The position numbers and the translations under genes are program-made. Shown piece after piece: positions 12,891 through 27,559 of a stretch of 64,000 bases of DNA (its first letter is position 1; each line of letters begins with the position of its first letter). Source of the DNA: Harriotta raleighana. Lineage: Eukaryota. The DNA lies in the NCBI GenBank assembly GCA_050575255.1, contig JBNZDD010013503.1, positions 528,515 through 592,514 on the forward strand. The letters run 5' to 3'. Under the pieces are notes generated by a model. The model ran no database searches. It saw nothing but the letters and a program-made list of their open reading frames with translations, and had not been told where the DNA came from.

Positions 12891-15800
12891 TTCTTTATTT
12901 ACAACTAATGGCCATTGGCAATTCAAGCAGTGTGGGGTGTGTGGTTCCTCCTCCTCCTATAGAAAGGTGAAAACCAACAAACATTATTCAACAAAAGGGA
13001 TCAGATTAAAATCTTGAATCCAGGATTTGCTGCATGTAAAATAGACATAATTCTCTTTGAGTTAGTGGAGCACCCTGACCTTGTTCTTTTGGGAATAGAG
13101 AAAAAGCAGCCCTTTTGTGGTACCTAATACTGTTCTGTAAAATAATTAATTCAAGAATTGGATACATGAAGTCTTAATTATATTGTAAACCACTTGGTTT
13201 CCTCTTGCTCAGCAAATCACAGAAATACAATTTGAGGAACACCAGCTCATTTCCATTTTGTTTCTTAGCTAATGTGTTGATCTATACGGTGATTGCGGAG
13301 CAAATAGCCCAAAATCAAAATTACAACTGTTCATCAGCATGGTGTCCTTTCTCCTCTGGAATCTGGGCAGCAATCCAGCCTAGACTAATGGAATAAAAGT
13401 CTCTTCCCTGCCAGCTGTTTACGCCTTACGTGAAGGGAATTTTAGTCTCAACCCAATCCCTAGTGGGCATGAATCCACATGATAAAAGTTGCCTAAACTC
13501 AGATTCCACACCATCCCTTATATCCTTCCAAGAAAATACATCAACTGTTTTCGTTCAAAATTAGTTTAATAGATTCAACTTGTTTTCATCTATTCAATTT
13601 CTATAAATGTAATTTTATTTGTTGCTGTCATTTTCGCTGCCCAATTTTCTTCTTTCCGATATTATTACTTCAGTTTCATACCTCATTTAACAAGTAGGAT
13701 AGATAGAGCTGCTGCTTCTCAAAACCTCTGTGTAATAGCCCAATAGGAACTGAGTGAGAGTGGAGAGTTCTAGGGTGGAGAGGAGAATAGATACCATCTT
13801 GTCTCAGCTTGACTGCTCCCTAGCATGAAGCCAATCATTACCAGCTGGTGGCTGAACTGATGTACAAATCTCTGTGGCATCCTTCAGCCATTCGCATAAC
13901 GGTAAACATTTGCCTGTCTACTCACCACTGTAATCCTCTATATAGTTTGGTCATTATAAGATTCTGCCATATGTTACTCTAATGCCCAGTAAAATTATAT
14001 TTAATTAAATGAAGTGCACCTACTTCATTATTTTCCAAGTTTATGTGAGATGATTCAACAAGCTATAAGCTATAAGCAGAGTAATGCTGGATTCTGAAAT
14101 GCAACAGAACCATATACAGAATATCGCAATGCACCCCAGACCATCCATTATTCTATATATAACATAAAATAATTATTTTTAGACTCACATGGTTGCTCCT
14201 GGGAGTGGAAAACTGTACTGAAACTGTTTACAGATAAGAAGGGGGAGGGGTTTCTTCACACAGGCACACAGCTAACTATCCTCCAAATCATGTAGAAATC
14301 TCAAAATTACCTTCAGGAAAATCGGAGACTTGTGAAAACTTCAATTTTGTTTAAAAAGCTCACCAATTGCTACACACAAAGTACAGACAGTATTCCGCAT
14401 TATAGTGTATCACGGCTAGCATTTTTGCATATTGAAACCATAGAGACGTTTCCTATTACTGTATTTTATATGAGGTATAGTGTTCTGAGATGTCATCTTC
14501 TGAGAACTTGCATTTTGAGACGTTATCCTACATGAAGGTCGCTCTTTTAATGCAAATATTATTGTTAACATCAATAAAAAGAGAATATTTCACTTTTTTT
14601 ATTAGCATTGTCTTGCACCTTATAATTATGATCAAGATTGACATTTATATGCTGGACGTTGGAAAATTCTTGAAGATCCAAGATTTTATGAGGTCAAAGA
14701 TTTCTGAAAGTTATTTTTATCTGTGAGTGCATCATGTGGCCTTCATGTCAGCACCATGTGTTGTAGTATGGTCATAGGATCCATGGAAAATAACACATTC
14801 CAAGCAGATCATAACCACGGTCAGCATGAGCCGGGTGAACAGTTCGGGGATTTTCTTTTGGCTGTTCCTCGGTCCATGCATCCAGTTAAATTCCTCAGGG
14901 CAAACAAACAAACCCCCTCAATTTCACAATTGGCTTTCATGAACATACTGAGCATGAACATCTTGGGCAAGTCATTAACCTATGTGAGGGTCGCTAAATA
15001 AATGCAAGTTGTTGTTGTAAATTGCTATTAGATGCCTAGCCAAACGATCTACACTCTCTGCGTACTGTGAGAGGACAGGTATGCATGTGTTGTAGGTCTA
15101 ACCGCATCAATTAAGTAACTATACCCCTTGAAACCTTGTAAAAAAAAAAGGCATTTAAACAAATGTTTAATAAAGATGAAAGGAAGACCAGCTACATAAT
15201 TAATATTTTGTTGATTTAATTACCAGTGGCAGGTATCTTAAATCAATCTTTAGGCTATGACTGTTCCTAAAACTGAACATTTGTTCTAAGTTAGTTGCAT
15301 ATTGAGGTCGCAAGAAAATGAAAATGCAGCTGACAGCGTTTTTAATCATAAAATTCATCTATTTTTAATCTCTTGAGTTTATATATATTTATTTGCAAAA
15401 CTTTTGTTTCATCAAGCGAAACTTATTTTTATAAAGATATTTTATATTATCGCTGGTATAAGAATTGTACAATAGTAATGGCTCAGGGATAATGCTTGTG
15501 ATTTTCCCCTCTGATCAGCATAAGATACACACTGTAGCTTGGAATACAGTATATCATATTCTGCTACTTCATTCAAATAATATTTTTGAGGTCTAAAATT
15601 TCATTCAAAATTTCAAATACATTTTCTGCATTTTATTGCTCTTTAAAATGAATCATTCTATTAATAATCTCAAATCCTACTTAAACTGTTTTTAAAATTG
15701 ATTCATGTTTTAACATCGGATTGTGCTAGGATTTGAAACAAATGGAGAAAAGAACAAATCTTCTTGCAAACATACTTCTTAGTTGTGAACTTAGCTCAAT

Positions 15801-17396
15801 GTGAAACATAACATCTTTTGATGCGATTCATTTTGTGGTTACCAAGCTGAGAGAGGTCAGTGCTAGCATTTTCCACATTTTATGCTTTTGCAGATGTTGC
15901 ATTGAGCAGTTGTAAAAATTACTCTGCCCCAAATAAATTGTGTCAGATTGAGGTTTATCATAATGTGTGTTGCAAATTAATTTGTTCAGCTCCATTTTAT
16001 TCAACAGCCTTTCAGGCAAAATATTCCAGCTGGTGCTAAAGTTAGCACTTTTTGTTAGATGTGAACTGTAACAGAAAATCTGGAGTTACTATTAAAATAC
16101 TGTTAACTCATGATTTTCCATCTTAAAAAATTTGAGTCTGACAATAAACTTAGCACTAAAACTGGTCCTTAATTAAGAATGTTGACTACAAATGAAGATT
16201 AACCAGGGGAGATAGGTTTAATTTTCCTCATGGCCCTGATAAGATTTAACAGACAGAAGTAGTAATAGCGTTAATTAAGCTCAGCACCATGTACAATATT
16301 CACCTCAAAGACAATCCCTTGATAAACATGTAGCAATACATTTCACTGCTTAGCAATTATTATATAATCCAGCCCAAGGTTTCAGTGGACCCTTATTTCT
16401 GTTTAGAGTCTTTGGTGACACAGCAACAGCAAAGTGGCTATTATTTAGTTAACAGGCAAAGTAAGGGTTGATGACCGATGGAATCCTTAAAATGAAATTG
16501 ACTGTTCAGTGGGTGAAAGTGAGTTATGGATATGCATTTGTTTAATAAATGTGTCAGCAGTTTTTAATTAATTTTGAGTTCATAATAATTAGAAAATTAA
16601 TAACCCAACAATTCACATGAGAAGTTTGTCTAAGAGAGAACGAAAACTGAAAGTTTCTGAGATAAGATGTCAATGGAAAAAGATAATTACTGATAGACTA
16701 ATGCACAATTAGTTTGTTTTATTTTCTAATATAGTTTTAGTGCAGGTATATTTGCAGGAGGTCATAGCTTTTCTAATTATTCAACAATGTTGAAAACAAC
16801 AATGTTAATGTGCAGGGTGTTTGCCCCCATTTGAGCAGACTTTGGTGCCGTTCTCAAAATCAACCACATAAGTACAGTATAATTTATATTATCAGTAATC
16901 TCGTTCTGTTGCCATTGTAGCTCCGAATTTGCGGCACAGATGTTTCCCAGAATTCAAGCTTACAATCGTTTTTAAATGGAATTTGGCATGAATAATGAAT
17001 GCTAGCAATTGTTGGCTGCTCAAGGTTTAGGAGGTTGAATTACCTCTGATAGTCGAAATGCTTGCTCCCATTTAGTAGCTCCTGGTTTAGAATCACATTC
17101 ATGTCATCAGTACCAGAATGTGCTCGGTTTCTTCTCTGTAGTCAAATTCTATTGAAGCAATGAAGGTCTCTATCTTGTGGGACACATGGAAAGGAAAGAG
17201 AAAGAAATGATTCCTCCTTTAAAAAGCCCATTATCAAGTGTATAACGAAAGCCATTCAATGTTACATGACTAAGGAAAGACTCTATGATCATTTAAAATA
17301 AGAATTAAATTACAAAAATTTAAAAATCAATAGATTTCTGCACAACTCTGGAGAAAGACCCTGAAACGTTGCCATGTGCAATACATGATAATATCC

Positions 17397-17527
17397 TGTG
17401 GGCAATTTGCTGCTGTGTTTTGCCCACAGATATACAGTCAATTCACTTTACAGTATATTCTGTGAAGCACTTTGAGACATCTAGAAGACGTGAGAAGTGC
17501 TAAATCAAATGCATATTATTATTATAA
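17397..17527 (+). mobile_element. SINE family A core plus tail
   Basis: caatttgctgctgtgttttgcccacagatatacagtcaattcactttacag...tcaaatgcatattattatt. Confidence 0.82.
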
Positions 17528-19590
17528 TACAGTATATGGAATAAATGCGTCTGGGGAAGGGGGTCATTGTTTTCAGTATACTGAACTGTATTCCTTCATT
17601 TTCCTAGCTAAACAATGTAACGAAAAAAAATTGATAAGCTCCTTCCTCTTAGAAGGCATTTGCTAAATTTTAGTGTTCTTTTCCTTTGTTCTTTTCCTTC
17701 CTGTAGATGAGAATATTGTTATTTTAGGCTTCGCTCATCATCTATCAGCTTTTCTACTGAAGTTAAGTATGGGATCAGCAGCAAGCAAACAGCTCCATAG
17801 GAAATCCTGCAGTTGTGTATCCTTTTCCATCTGGCTCCAGGTCAGGAGATATCAAAGTTCAGTACTAACCGAGTACATAATACTGTAATAGCAACCTGCA
17901 CTCAAAGTTGCTGATCAAATGGCTCCCATTTAACAACCAGGTTGAAAAAGGAATTACTTAATTGGAGCAAAAAATTATTTCTAGCTAGTGTGTATGTACA
18001 GCATTGTTGTGTAATTACAGGAAATTGCAGGAGAACCTGAATTTCTAAACAGTGGTTACAAAATATGTTTATCATACGTTATATAGTGCACATTTATCAC
18101 AGCAAACACCCTGTGATCCTACCTGAACAAGCAGCTAGGAGTTTACCAGGCAATGCTTACAATTGCAAGCTATGTGGTTTTTTTTACTGGTTAAACTGCA
18201 ACAGTACTGTGTACTCTAGGCCCCCCCAAGACTGAATTAGAATCACTCTGGACATGTGCAAGCTGTGTTTATAACATGTCATTGGAACACACCAGGTGCA
18301 AGTAGAGGTATGACATTTCAGGTTTCCATGGAGGGAAGTGAATAAGTGTAACAAGGATATCTGCCACCAGCCACAAGATATTTTTGATTAATAATGGATA
18401 CTCAGGTAATATTTTGTTCTGAAATTTCTTCCCCACAACTTATTTATCTTTTAAGGGAATACAATTGCGAAAATGTGACTTGTTCATTTCATTCTACTTC
18501 CTCCTGATGTGAAAGGCGCTCTATAAATGTAATTTTGTTATTGTAGGTGTTGTACTAGACTTGGCATTGGAATGTCTCCATTCTAATTTTAAAACTGAAT
18601 TCTGAATAAACTTCTGGACCTACCTGAGATGTTATGGTACTATTAGACCAGATTAATTAATCAACAGAGTACGTATTAGCTTTTAAGTTATCAAATAATG
18701 ACTCCACTCCCCCTTTGCTATATATGAATTATGTTAAGAGAGTGGTGACATAGGAAATTGAGACATAATAAGTGGTCAGTTGGTTGTTGTCCACATATGC
18801 TGAAATTCTCTGTTGTGCTATTAGGGGATGTGTCTTGCTGAGTTTTGGATCTTGCTCACAAAGAGCAGGTCCAGTACAGCAGCATTGGTAGGAAGTTAAC
18901 AAGTAATACAGGGTTTAAATGAAATAGTTTTCGCATGATAAGGTACTACATCAAATGCATCTTCAAGATATTATAGTTTTTACTATAATTAACCTTTGAA
19001 ATCAGGCAGGCACTTGTTATATAATATCCATGGTGCTAATCAATTCAATCATGCATCAGTTATAAGTAAAATTGGTATTGGTTGCAAAATGAATTCAGAA
19101 ATGTTAAAAAGTATAATTAGAGTTCTTGTGTAATGTCCTAATGATGTCATGGCACGGAGAGAACATTTGTCTGATTCTTGATCAATGATTTTGATGGCTG
19201 CAAGAATAAAGGCTAAAGTTCAATTCAATTCCCGCTATTAATCATGTTCATACAAAGAGTAAAATACAATAATGGCATGAAAATTGCATTTCACAAGTAA
19301 GTGCTAGCTCAGGTCTGAACAATGCAGTGTACAAAACATCAGTTCTGCTTGCTGGAATTTGAAGTGTTTCTCAGTAATCACCATGGCATTGTTTGACCAT
19401 TGGCCTTTCCCTCCTGTTTGATTTATTGGACCTGCCTAGAAAAAACTTTACATTAACTGGATACCTCTTTAAATGAATGGTGATATTGCACCAAAAAAAA
19501 ATATTGTTATAATAATACTGTAGACATTTCTCCTGTTGCGTTTTCCAAGTGTTGTCCAGTGGTGTTCAATGTAGAATTATCAGTATCAGT

Positions 19591-19883
19591 ACAGTCCTGT
19601 AGCTCAGTGGTTAGAGCACTCGACTTATAAGTGAGAGACCTGGGTTCTATTCTAGGCAGGGTGAAACTTGAGCAAGTTTCTTTACTTTTTCTTTACTCCA
19701 TACCCCTGATAATAAGCCCTCAAAAAAAATTGGTCATTTCAATCAACGACTATTTGTGGGACATTGCTGTGTGCAATTGGCTGCCGTGTTTCACCCGCAA
19801 CTATACAGTATATTCTGTGAAGTGTTTTGAGATGTCTAGAAGACGTGAAAAGCGCTATATCAAATGCAAGGATTATTATTATT
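19591..19883 (+). mobile_element. Full-length tRNA-derived SINE (family A): Pol III head, Deu-like core, L2-type tail
   Basis: A box tagctcagtgg, B-box-like gggttctattc, core tttgtgggacattgctgtgtgcaattggctgccgtgtttc, tail ending caaatgcaagg(att)n; more than 10 related copies in the window. Confidence 0.9.
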
Positions 19884-20833
19884 AATTCAGGTTCCGTGTC
19901 ATTTATCCACAAGATGAGTTTAGTCGGCTGATGCACTTGAACTTCTCAAACTCTCCCTAGCTTGGTTTTTCATGGCATCTGAATCTTTTAATTGGATTTG
20001 CTGCCTTGTAATTCACTGACAGCTATACGCTGAGCTCCATATATCACATTCATTGGACGTCAGTGTTGTCAGAAAAACACATACAGTACTACTTTTGGCA
20101 CAATTGGGCAGCTAGCTCTTCATTAACATTCTTATCCAAACGAGCATCAACATTGTTTACACAAGGATGCCAAATTTGTTTTCATAATTCTACACAATCA
20201 GTGGACATTAAAATCCCAGGAGAGAAACAGAAAATTTAATAAATCCAGCAGAGTCATCCATCAAGAATGTTGTAAAATTCCATTAGGGATGAACCACAGT
20301 TCACCTAATAGCACTTTAAATACAAATATAAAGCACCTGTCTGAAATATGCTATTAAATGATCCATGCCTACAATTTTCAAGAAGATCTTTATTCAAATG
20401 CTGTACTTCTTTATTATACTCCAAAATTGACATGTAATGTAATCTCCCAATACAATATAGAAACAACATGCCCATGTTGATGCTAGTTTTCTTTGTATTC
20501 AATTAACCCTTAGACTTCCAACTCATCTAACAACAACAACAATAATCTTATATTTATAGAATGCTTTTCACATCAGGAGGACGTCTCAGGAAAGGAACCT
20601 CTTCTGTGTCACTAGATTTTAAGGTTTCAGCTCACACAATGTAACACTGAAGCAAGCAGTAAATGAAATATTATTACAGCATTATTTTAATTAAAATAAA
20701 ATATTCTGATTATTTTATGTTTGCCATTGTGACAATTGTAATAACTAAGGAATATATTTTATGATAAAAATATAGTATAACACCCTATCTCACCTCCCAT
20801 CCCCAAGTATATCACTTATAAAATTCACATCCT

Positions 20834-21349
20834 CAACAACAACAAACAAGTTACATTTGTAAAGCACCTTTCACATTGGGAGGACATCCCAAGGCGCTGG
20901 ACAGTCAGTGTTTCAGACCCGAGCTAGGGTTGGAATTGGGAAAGGAGGGGAAGGGAGGTGACCGATGGCACGATCGAAGAGGAGGGTCTTGAGGCGGGAC
21001 TTGAAAGAGGCCAGGGAAGGGGCGAGGCAGAGGAATTACGGAATGGAATTCCAAAGGTTGGGGGCAGAGTGGCTGAAGGCTCACCCACCAATGGTAGGAC
21101 AGATAGGAAAAAGGAACATGGAGCAGGCCGGAGCCCCCCTGAGCAGAGGGAGCGGACAAGTTGGTAGGAGGCTAGGAGGTTGCAGAGGTAGAGTGGGATA
21201 AGGCTATGAAGAGCTTTAAAGATGAGGACCAGGATCTTGAATTTAATCCTCTCCATGATGGGCAGAAAGAGTTGGGTATCATCTATACGGAAATTGACCC
21301 CATGTCTGCGGATGATGTAAACAAGTGGGAGCATGTAGATGTTGAAAAG
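20834..21349 (-). mobile_element. Internally deleted L2 LINE fragment
   Basis: The minus frame reads LFNIYMLPLVYIIRRHGVNFRIDDTQL (RT core, decayed YADD) fused to LPIMERIKFKILVLIFKALH (C-terminus), then the 3' UTR and tail. Confidence 0.88.
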
Positions 21350-21941
21350 ATCCTCACCTTTAAGTGGCTTCACAACCTTGCCCCACTGCACCTCTGTGAT
21401 TTCTTGCCCTACTCTTCCTACTATTACTATTCCATCTACTTAACTCTGGCCTGCTTCTGGCCTGTCTGCTCTTTCCCATCATGAGTGCTTTAAAACATCT
21501 TGATGATGTGACAAGACATTATAAGAAATGTATAGATTATTATAAATACTTTTACTATAATATAGATATGCGCAAGCATTGCTATTGGCAGGCGCCCTCA
21601 CATAGTGGCAAGATGCATGAATCATTTTTCCTCCCCACTCTCTTTTGGTCTCTTTATGCATCACACCATCGTCCAAGAATGCAGATCAACAAATGTTCTC
21701 TCAGATCAATGGTAGTGGGAACCAGCCACTAGGTGGAGTACAACCACAGATTAGTTTGACTGTTCTTTTGACATTTCAACAAATGGGAAATTGCTTTGTG
21801 ACTCCCTGACCTGTCAGGAGTTGTAGTCACAAGCCTGGTGTGGATTTAATTGTAATAATCTTGGTGGAGTCTTCATTTAGCCATTTAACTTGTTATGCAT
21901 TGTGTTTCACATGACTTGTCTTAGTAAAACTTGTCTTGCCA

Positions 21942-22107
21942 GTCTCAAGACCTTCTCTTCAACCGCTCCTTCGGCTCCCCCGCTGACTCTTTCCCCTATC
22001 CCCGACCCTCCCTCCCTGCTCGGGTCCCGACTTGACTGTTCAGCATTTTGGGACGTCCTCCCGACATGAAAGGTGCTATACAAGTGTCATTTTGTTGTTG
22101 TTGTTGT
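21942..22107 (+). mobile_element. L2 LINE 3' UTR and tail
   Basis: tctcaagaccttctcttc...cagcattttgggacgtcctcccgacatgaaaggtgctatacaagtgtcattttgttgttgttgttg. Confidence 0.85.
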
Positions 22108-24822
22108 AATATAATCCTCCTGAATGAGCATATGGAAATGAACACAAAAAGATCTGGATGCTGATGGTAGAAAGGTTATGTATCATTACACACAACCTTT
22201 ACACCATCAGGTTGGAATGATGTGTGTCGGCTGGTTGGTTATACGTATTTGTCTTTATTGAGTTTGCACTTTTGCATCAAACATTGAAAGCAATATTATA
22301 AGAAAATAGTTAAGATATACTTTGAGGATCAAAGATAAACACATCCGTAAGAAGAAGGACATTTAAAACATTTCATTTTATTCATGGCCCCCTTCCAGAA
22401 AGCTTTATATTTTACTGTCCAGGACTCTGACTTTGTGTAGAATAGATTTATCACATTTGTCAAAGGAAGCTTTTATAATTGACTCAATTGAAGAAAAATC
22501 AACCATTTTATCACAGGGCTGTTATATAATTCAGTCTCTTTCCTCACCATTCAGTCTACATTGATTTAGTTGAAATGATGGCTTACCAGTGTCATTTGCA
22601 ATTTTGTTGTGGAGATGTGATTCAATTACTGGAAAATTTAAAACATGAACTGTTCTGAATGGTTATCATGTCAAGCAGGGACTGGAGTTCTCAGGTCATA
22701 ATGGCTGCTTGGAGTGCATGTTTGATTGCAATGATTTGCTGCCAATTCTAAGGGTCTTAGAATTAATGACGTTTTTAATTTAAGTAAAAAATAGGTTGTT
22801 CAGTATTGACATGCTGAATGAATAATTACCATTCTTTAATTACTTCTTTGCCAAACAGGCAAATGAAAATAACACATATATCAAATGAATTTTACTAGCG
22901 TAGTTATTTTTCACACTGTACTCCAGGGAAATGCTATAAAAGGTTTCCTTGAGAAATATTCAAGAGATTTAGAATTTGATTATATTGTAGTTGGTTACTA
23001 CAAAAAGAAACCATGTGGGACGTTCTCACTGTTTCCTTATTCTCTGTTTCCTCATTTTGTTTTGCACAACCTAACGTATTTCGCTGTAACTTTATATTCC
23101 TCAAAACAACTTTCAAAACTTTTATTTACCTTCTTCTTCTTCCTCCTGGGTTCAACTGTTTCCCTTAGAGCATATGGACATTAAGTCTGCATTGAAATTA
23201 GCAATAATAATAATATGTAAAATCATTGTGAATGAAAACTGCAGTGAAGAAACCGTACTAATATAATGGCAGAGTGGTACCCGCAGAATTGTTAATTTCA
23301 CAATCTTTTTGTTTCTGGAAGATGTATCCAGTTCCATAGATTTTTTTTCTGTGTAAATAATGTTTGAACGTTGAATGCTCACGGTATTTGTGATAAATGT
23401 AGCTGGGAGGAGCAACACTGATATGTAGCTAAGCTAACGTCAGAATCGATATCATCATTAACCCCAGGGTGCTCCAACAATCCTGTAGCATCAACTACAT
23501 GAGTTAATTTAGGTCCATCACAATGTTAGACTTTTGCCATAGTTATTTTTCGGAGAATTACACTTGATTTATGATCACAATGGTGCAAATTCAGTGCAAA
23601 TTCTAAATATAATAATAATAATAATAATCCTTGCATTTGATGTACCAACTGAATCTATTCTGTATGTATCAATACATCTGAGGTGGTTGACATAACTCGA
23701 TGTTAACATTCCTTTACATGTGTAACAAATGTAGTCAGTACAAAGCCCCACATTCAGAATGGACTAAATAAAAAGCAGATCATTATAATGGAAACACCCT
23801 CTACAAAAGCCAAGCACAGAGTTTTGTTAGTATGAGCAAAGCAGCATAATTTACTTCAACGTCAAGAAGATCAGCATCCATCTGCCTTTTCTGTCTACCT
23901 CTTGGCAGGATTGCAACACAGCTTACTGCACCGGGCAACTTGAGTTCCAACTCCAGTCATTAACGAGTAGCCCTGAGATCAAAATGAGCCACAATTTCGA
24001 TCCACTTATTATTAAATAACTTTCCTGTGCTTACTGTCGGCCTCGCTCATGAATAAAATTTACTTCAGTTATCTGTTTAGCCTCCAAGGAATTATAGCTC
24101 AGCATGAATCCAGACCCTACTTCAAAGGAAGATACATAATTGGGATGGAGGGGGAGAAAAATGCAAAACAAGGGACATCTTGCAGATTCATAGTACTTTC
24201 AGGCAACGTTATTGCTGAATACCTAGGGTATTATTACCATATGTATAGGAACAGACTTATAGCCACCAGAACAAAAGGTTATATCATTTGTTATATTACT
24301 TGACATCTCTTGTTAATTGCTTAATCTCTATAACAGATTTCAGTGCTGAAAGTTACACAATTAAGAAAAGCAAGTAACCCACACTGAGCGATAAATTGAC
24401 CAATTTACAAATGTGCCACATTCCATAATAACATACCTCAGCTGTACTAAAGTGATGTGGATTATATATTCTTGCAACAATGACTCTTCAACAAGTATAC
24501 ATTTTGCATTGCACGGATGCCATATTTTGTACAGCACAGTATACATATGCTAACCTGCTTCCCTCTCACTCTGGCACAGGAGGCTGATACTGCAACATGC
24601 TGTGTAACCACACCAAAGGGGGAAACATCAACATTTGTCCTGTTAATTCCAGATTGGGTTTGACCCTAATCCCTAATGCTATCAGATCCTTGAACTAAAT
24701 GGAGAACTGCAGGCAATGACCTTTACAATTGTGATTTTTTTTCAGTTTGGATGATATTTTGGGAGCATGGCTTGAGATTCACCATGTGGGTGAGCAGAGC
24801 TGACATGAGTAGACACAGTAGG

Positions 24823-25103
24823 AGTCCTGTAGCTCAGTGGTGAGATTACTTTCCTTGCAAGCGAGAGACCTGGGTTTGATTCTTGGCAAAGCGAAACATT
24901 GGATAAGTTTTCTTACTCCACATACATGATATTAATCCCTCAAAAAAACCCACAATAATAAATTGATCATTTCAATCACGACTGTTTGTGGTTCACTGCT
25001 GTGCACAATTTACAGATTGATACTGTAAATATAGTGAATGTGAAGCACTTTGAGATGTCTAGATATGAAAAGCGCTATATCAAATGCAAGGATTATTATT
25101 ATT
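24823..25103 (+). mobile_element. Full-length SINE family A
   Basis: Head agtcctgtagctcagtgg...gagacctgggtttgattc, and the family tail. Confidence 0.88.
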
Positions 25104-27279
25104 TATACTATACAGTCACTTCCCATTTCCTTCACCTAGTTTTAACTCCCAGATCTGAAGAACCATTAGTTTCCCTAATGATGTTACCAGTGTTCTCTAT
25201 TCAACAATATACAAAATCTCTATTAACAAAAACAGATATAAACAGAAACAAGGATGTTAGAGTTCATCACTGTTCCATGTTTGGAATTAACTTCTTTAAT
25301 AGAATGCTGATGAGAGAGACTGACTTCTTAATTCATGCCCTAATTTAACAACCATAACAACCACCGGAATCTGAAGCAATAAAAACAGACTGAAAATAAT
25401 TATTGGAAGTACTAAACTGTATCTGTTGGAGTCAAATATAACCAGCATATTTATGCATTTAATTAATTATTTAAAAAGTGGTTCAATAGATGATAGCAAA
25501 TTCAAATCAGTTTCTATTCAAAGTATTAAATCTGCACTCTTGTTGTTGGGTTCAATAATTTGCCAGGTCCCCAACAGCAAACAAACAGGAGAACTCATCA
25601 AAAGGTATTATATTATGCCAAGAAGGTTTGGCCATAAACACATTTATCCAGAATAGCAGAGGAACATAACCTCATGGTGATACCTGAGCATTTTTTGTAC
25701 AATTTGTGTTTTTTTAAAAGGATCTGATCACTTTAGAATTAATTCCAGGGATCTGTTTGAACTTGGCTCCATGACCTTTACTCATTCTGTAATTTTATCA
25801 GTTCTAAGAAAAAGGAAACAAGCTGTTGAAATGTTGACTTCATAGCACCATCTGTTAGAGTGAGGTTCATGCTTTTTCAGCAAATGCCAAAAGTAAAAAG
25901 CATCAGTTCATTAAATAGTGAACACAATATAAAATGATACTGTCATAAGACAGGTGGAATAATGAAATAATTTGTATATCAATAGTACTGGACAATATTA
26001 AATATTATCAGTATAATAATTAAGTGAATTTACTGGAATTGACTTGTTGTCAATTATACAGGTTCAATAAACCTCATTATGAAAGAAGTCATACCCAGCG
26101 CTATAGGAATAATTGAAAAATATTTCAAACCATCTTCACTAGTTTTTAGTACCAATAGCTGGAACAAAAAGTTTGACCCTTTCACTTAAGAGAACTAAAA
26201 AGTCAAGAGATGACAAGCATTAGTGTTGAAAAAGAAGATTTGCAGCTTTGCAGTCCTTCTGTATGAAGCAATATGTGTCAAGTTTGCTGTTGATCACTAT
26301 GGAAACCTCTGTTTGCTTTGGAGTAAAGCTTGAATGCTTAAGTATTTGGTTATAAATCCTACATTTATTCCTGGCAGACATTTGTTACAGATTTCAACAG
26401 TGACTTGTGGATATGTTTTGGAATGAGACTGCATTTCAATAAGGATTATTTTATCCTTTCCCTGTTCTTTCTTAATACTTTCATCTTTCACTTGTAATTC
26501 CCTGGGTTAAAAGAGTAGACAACAGTGTGATTGCTTAGCCTGTGTCAACATTATTTTGGAATATAACAAAAAAGTGCTTCTTCATTTAGTTTTTTAGGCC
26601 CATAATAATTAGGTTCATATTTATTGGTTGGCCTTTTTAACTGTATCAGAGACCAATTCTATCTGTTTTAATAAGGCTGTTTTTTTCCTTTCCCTGGTTA
26701 TTTTCCCCAGACTGTACAGCCAGCACCCACTACCAGAGTATCCTCTGGGCTACATCAATGCTGTTGTAACTGTGGTAACATATTGTTGAATGTATATCAG
26801 AGCAGTTTGCTGATCTATTTCCCTCCACTTTACCCTCAGTTTTCCCTGTGGAAGCTAGGAGCTCAGTGGTGTGGGCATGTGAACCCAATAGCCACTGCTC
26901 TGGTGCCAGAAAGCACCAATACAGTGAGTGACACCTTGGTATTTCATCTCATATTTTTAATAGAATACTTTCTACACTATACACTTTGGCAGAAATCCTT
27001 TTGCAACCACATCAATGCCTTTGAAGACGCTATTTTTTCTGTGCAATCAAATAATTGAAGCCTGTAAGCACTTAAAGTGGTTATCTCACTATTTTATTTA
27101 TGGAATTTGTGCAAAACAATTTACAAGCTGCCTTAAATGAGCAAGAACTTTGAAAAATAGTGAAGTGTTTTAACTCAGCTTTTGTTTGGCAAGGCAAAGG
27201 AATGTTATCTTTCGAGAAAGGAGAGTTTTAGCTGTACCAGGCTGTTGGTGCTATGCTGTAGGTAACATCTGCTGATCCC

Positions 27280-27440
27280 CAAAATATTAGCCAGACCTCA
27301 GGGAGATTTCCTTGTTCTCTTTCCAAATAGTTCTTTGTGACTTTTAACATCCACCAGAACAAACAGATATGACTTTGAGTTGCCTTTTCCCCTGCAGATC
27401 GGCATCTCTACCAATACACAAAATTCTTGCTGCTGACACT
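27280..27440 (-). mobile_element. Old Deu-domain SINE remnant
   Basis: The minus strand reads ggtggatgttaaaagtcacaaagaactatttggaaagagaacaaggaaatctccctgaggtctggctaatattt, similar to the copy at 12545. Confidence 0.55.
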
Positions 27441-27559
27441 GATATTGACATTGATTACTTGTGAAGTACTGTACTTTGAGATAATTTGATTTGATAAAGG
27501 CACATTACAAAATGTAGCTTTGCAAGTCCTAGCATTGGTGTTTACTCTTAGGTTATGAG

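Noticed and set aside
16280-16301. REST/RE1 site (tcagcaccatgtacaat; similar half-sites near 7947, 14747, 30728)
   Set aside because: Only the left half matches; the GGACAG half is missing or poor.
19591-19670. tRNA gene
   Set aside because: It has A/B boxes but no intact cloverleaf and continues into the SINE body; it is a tRNA-derived head.
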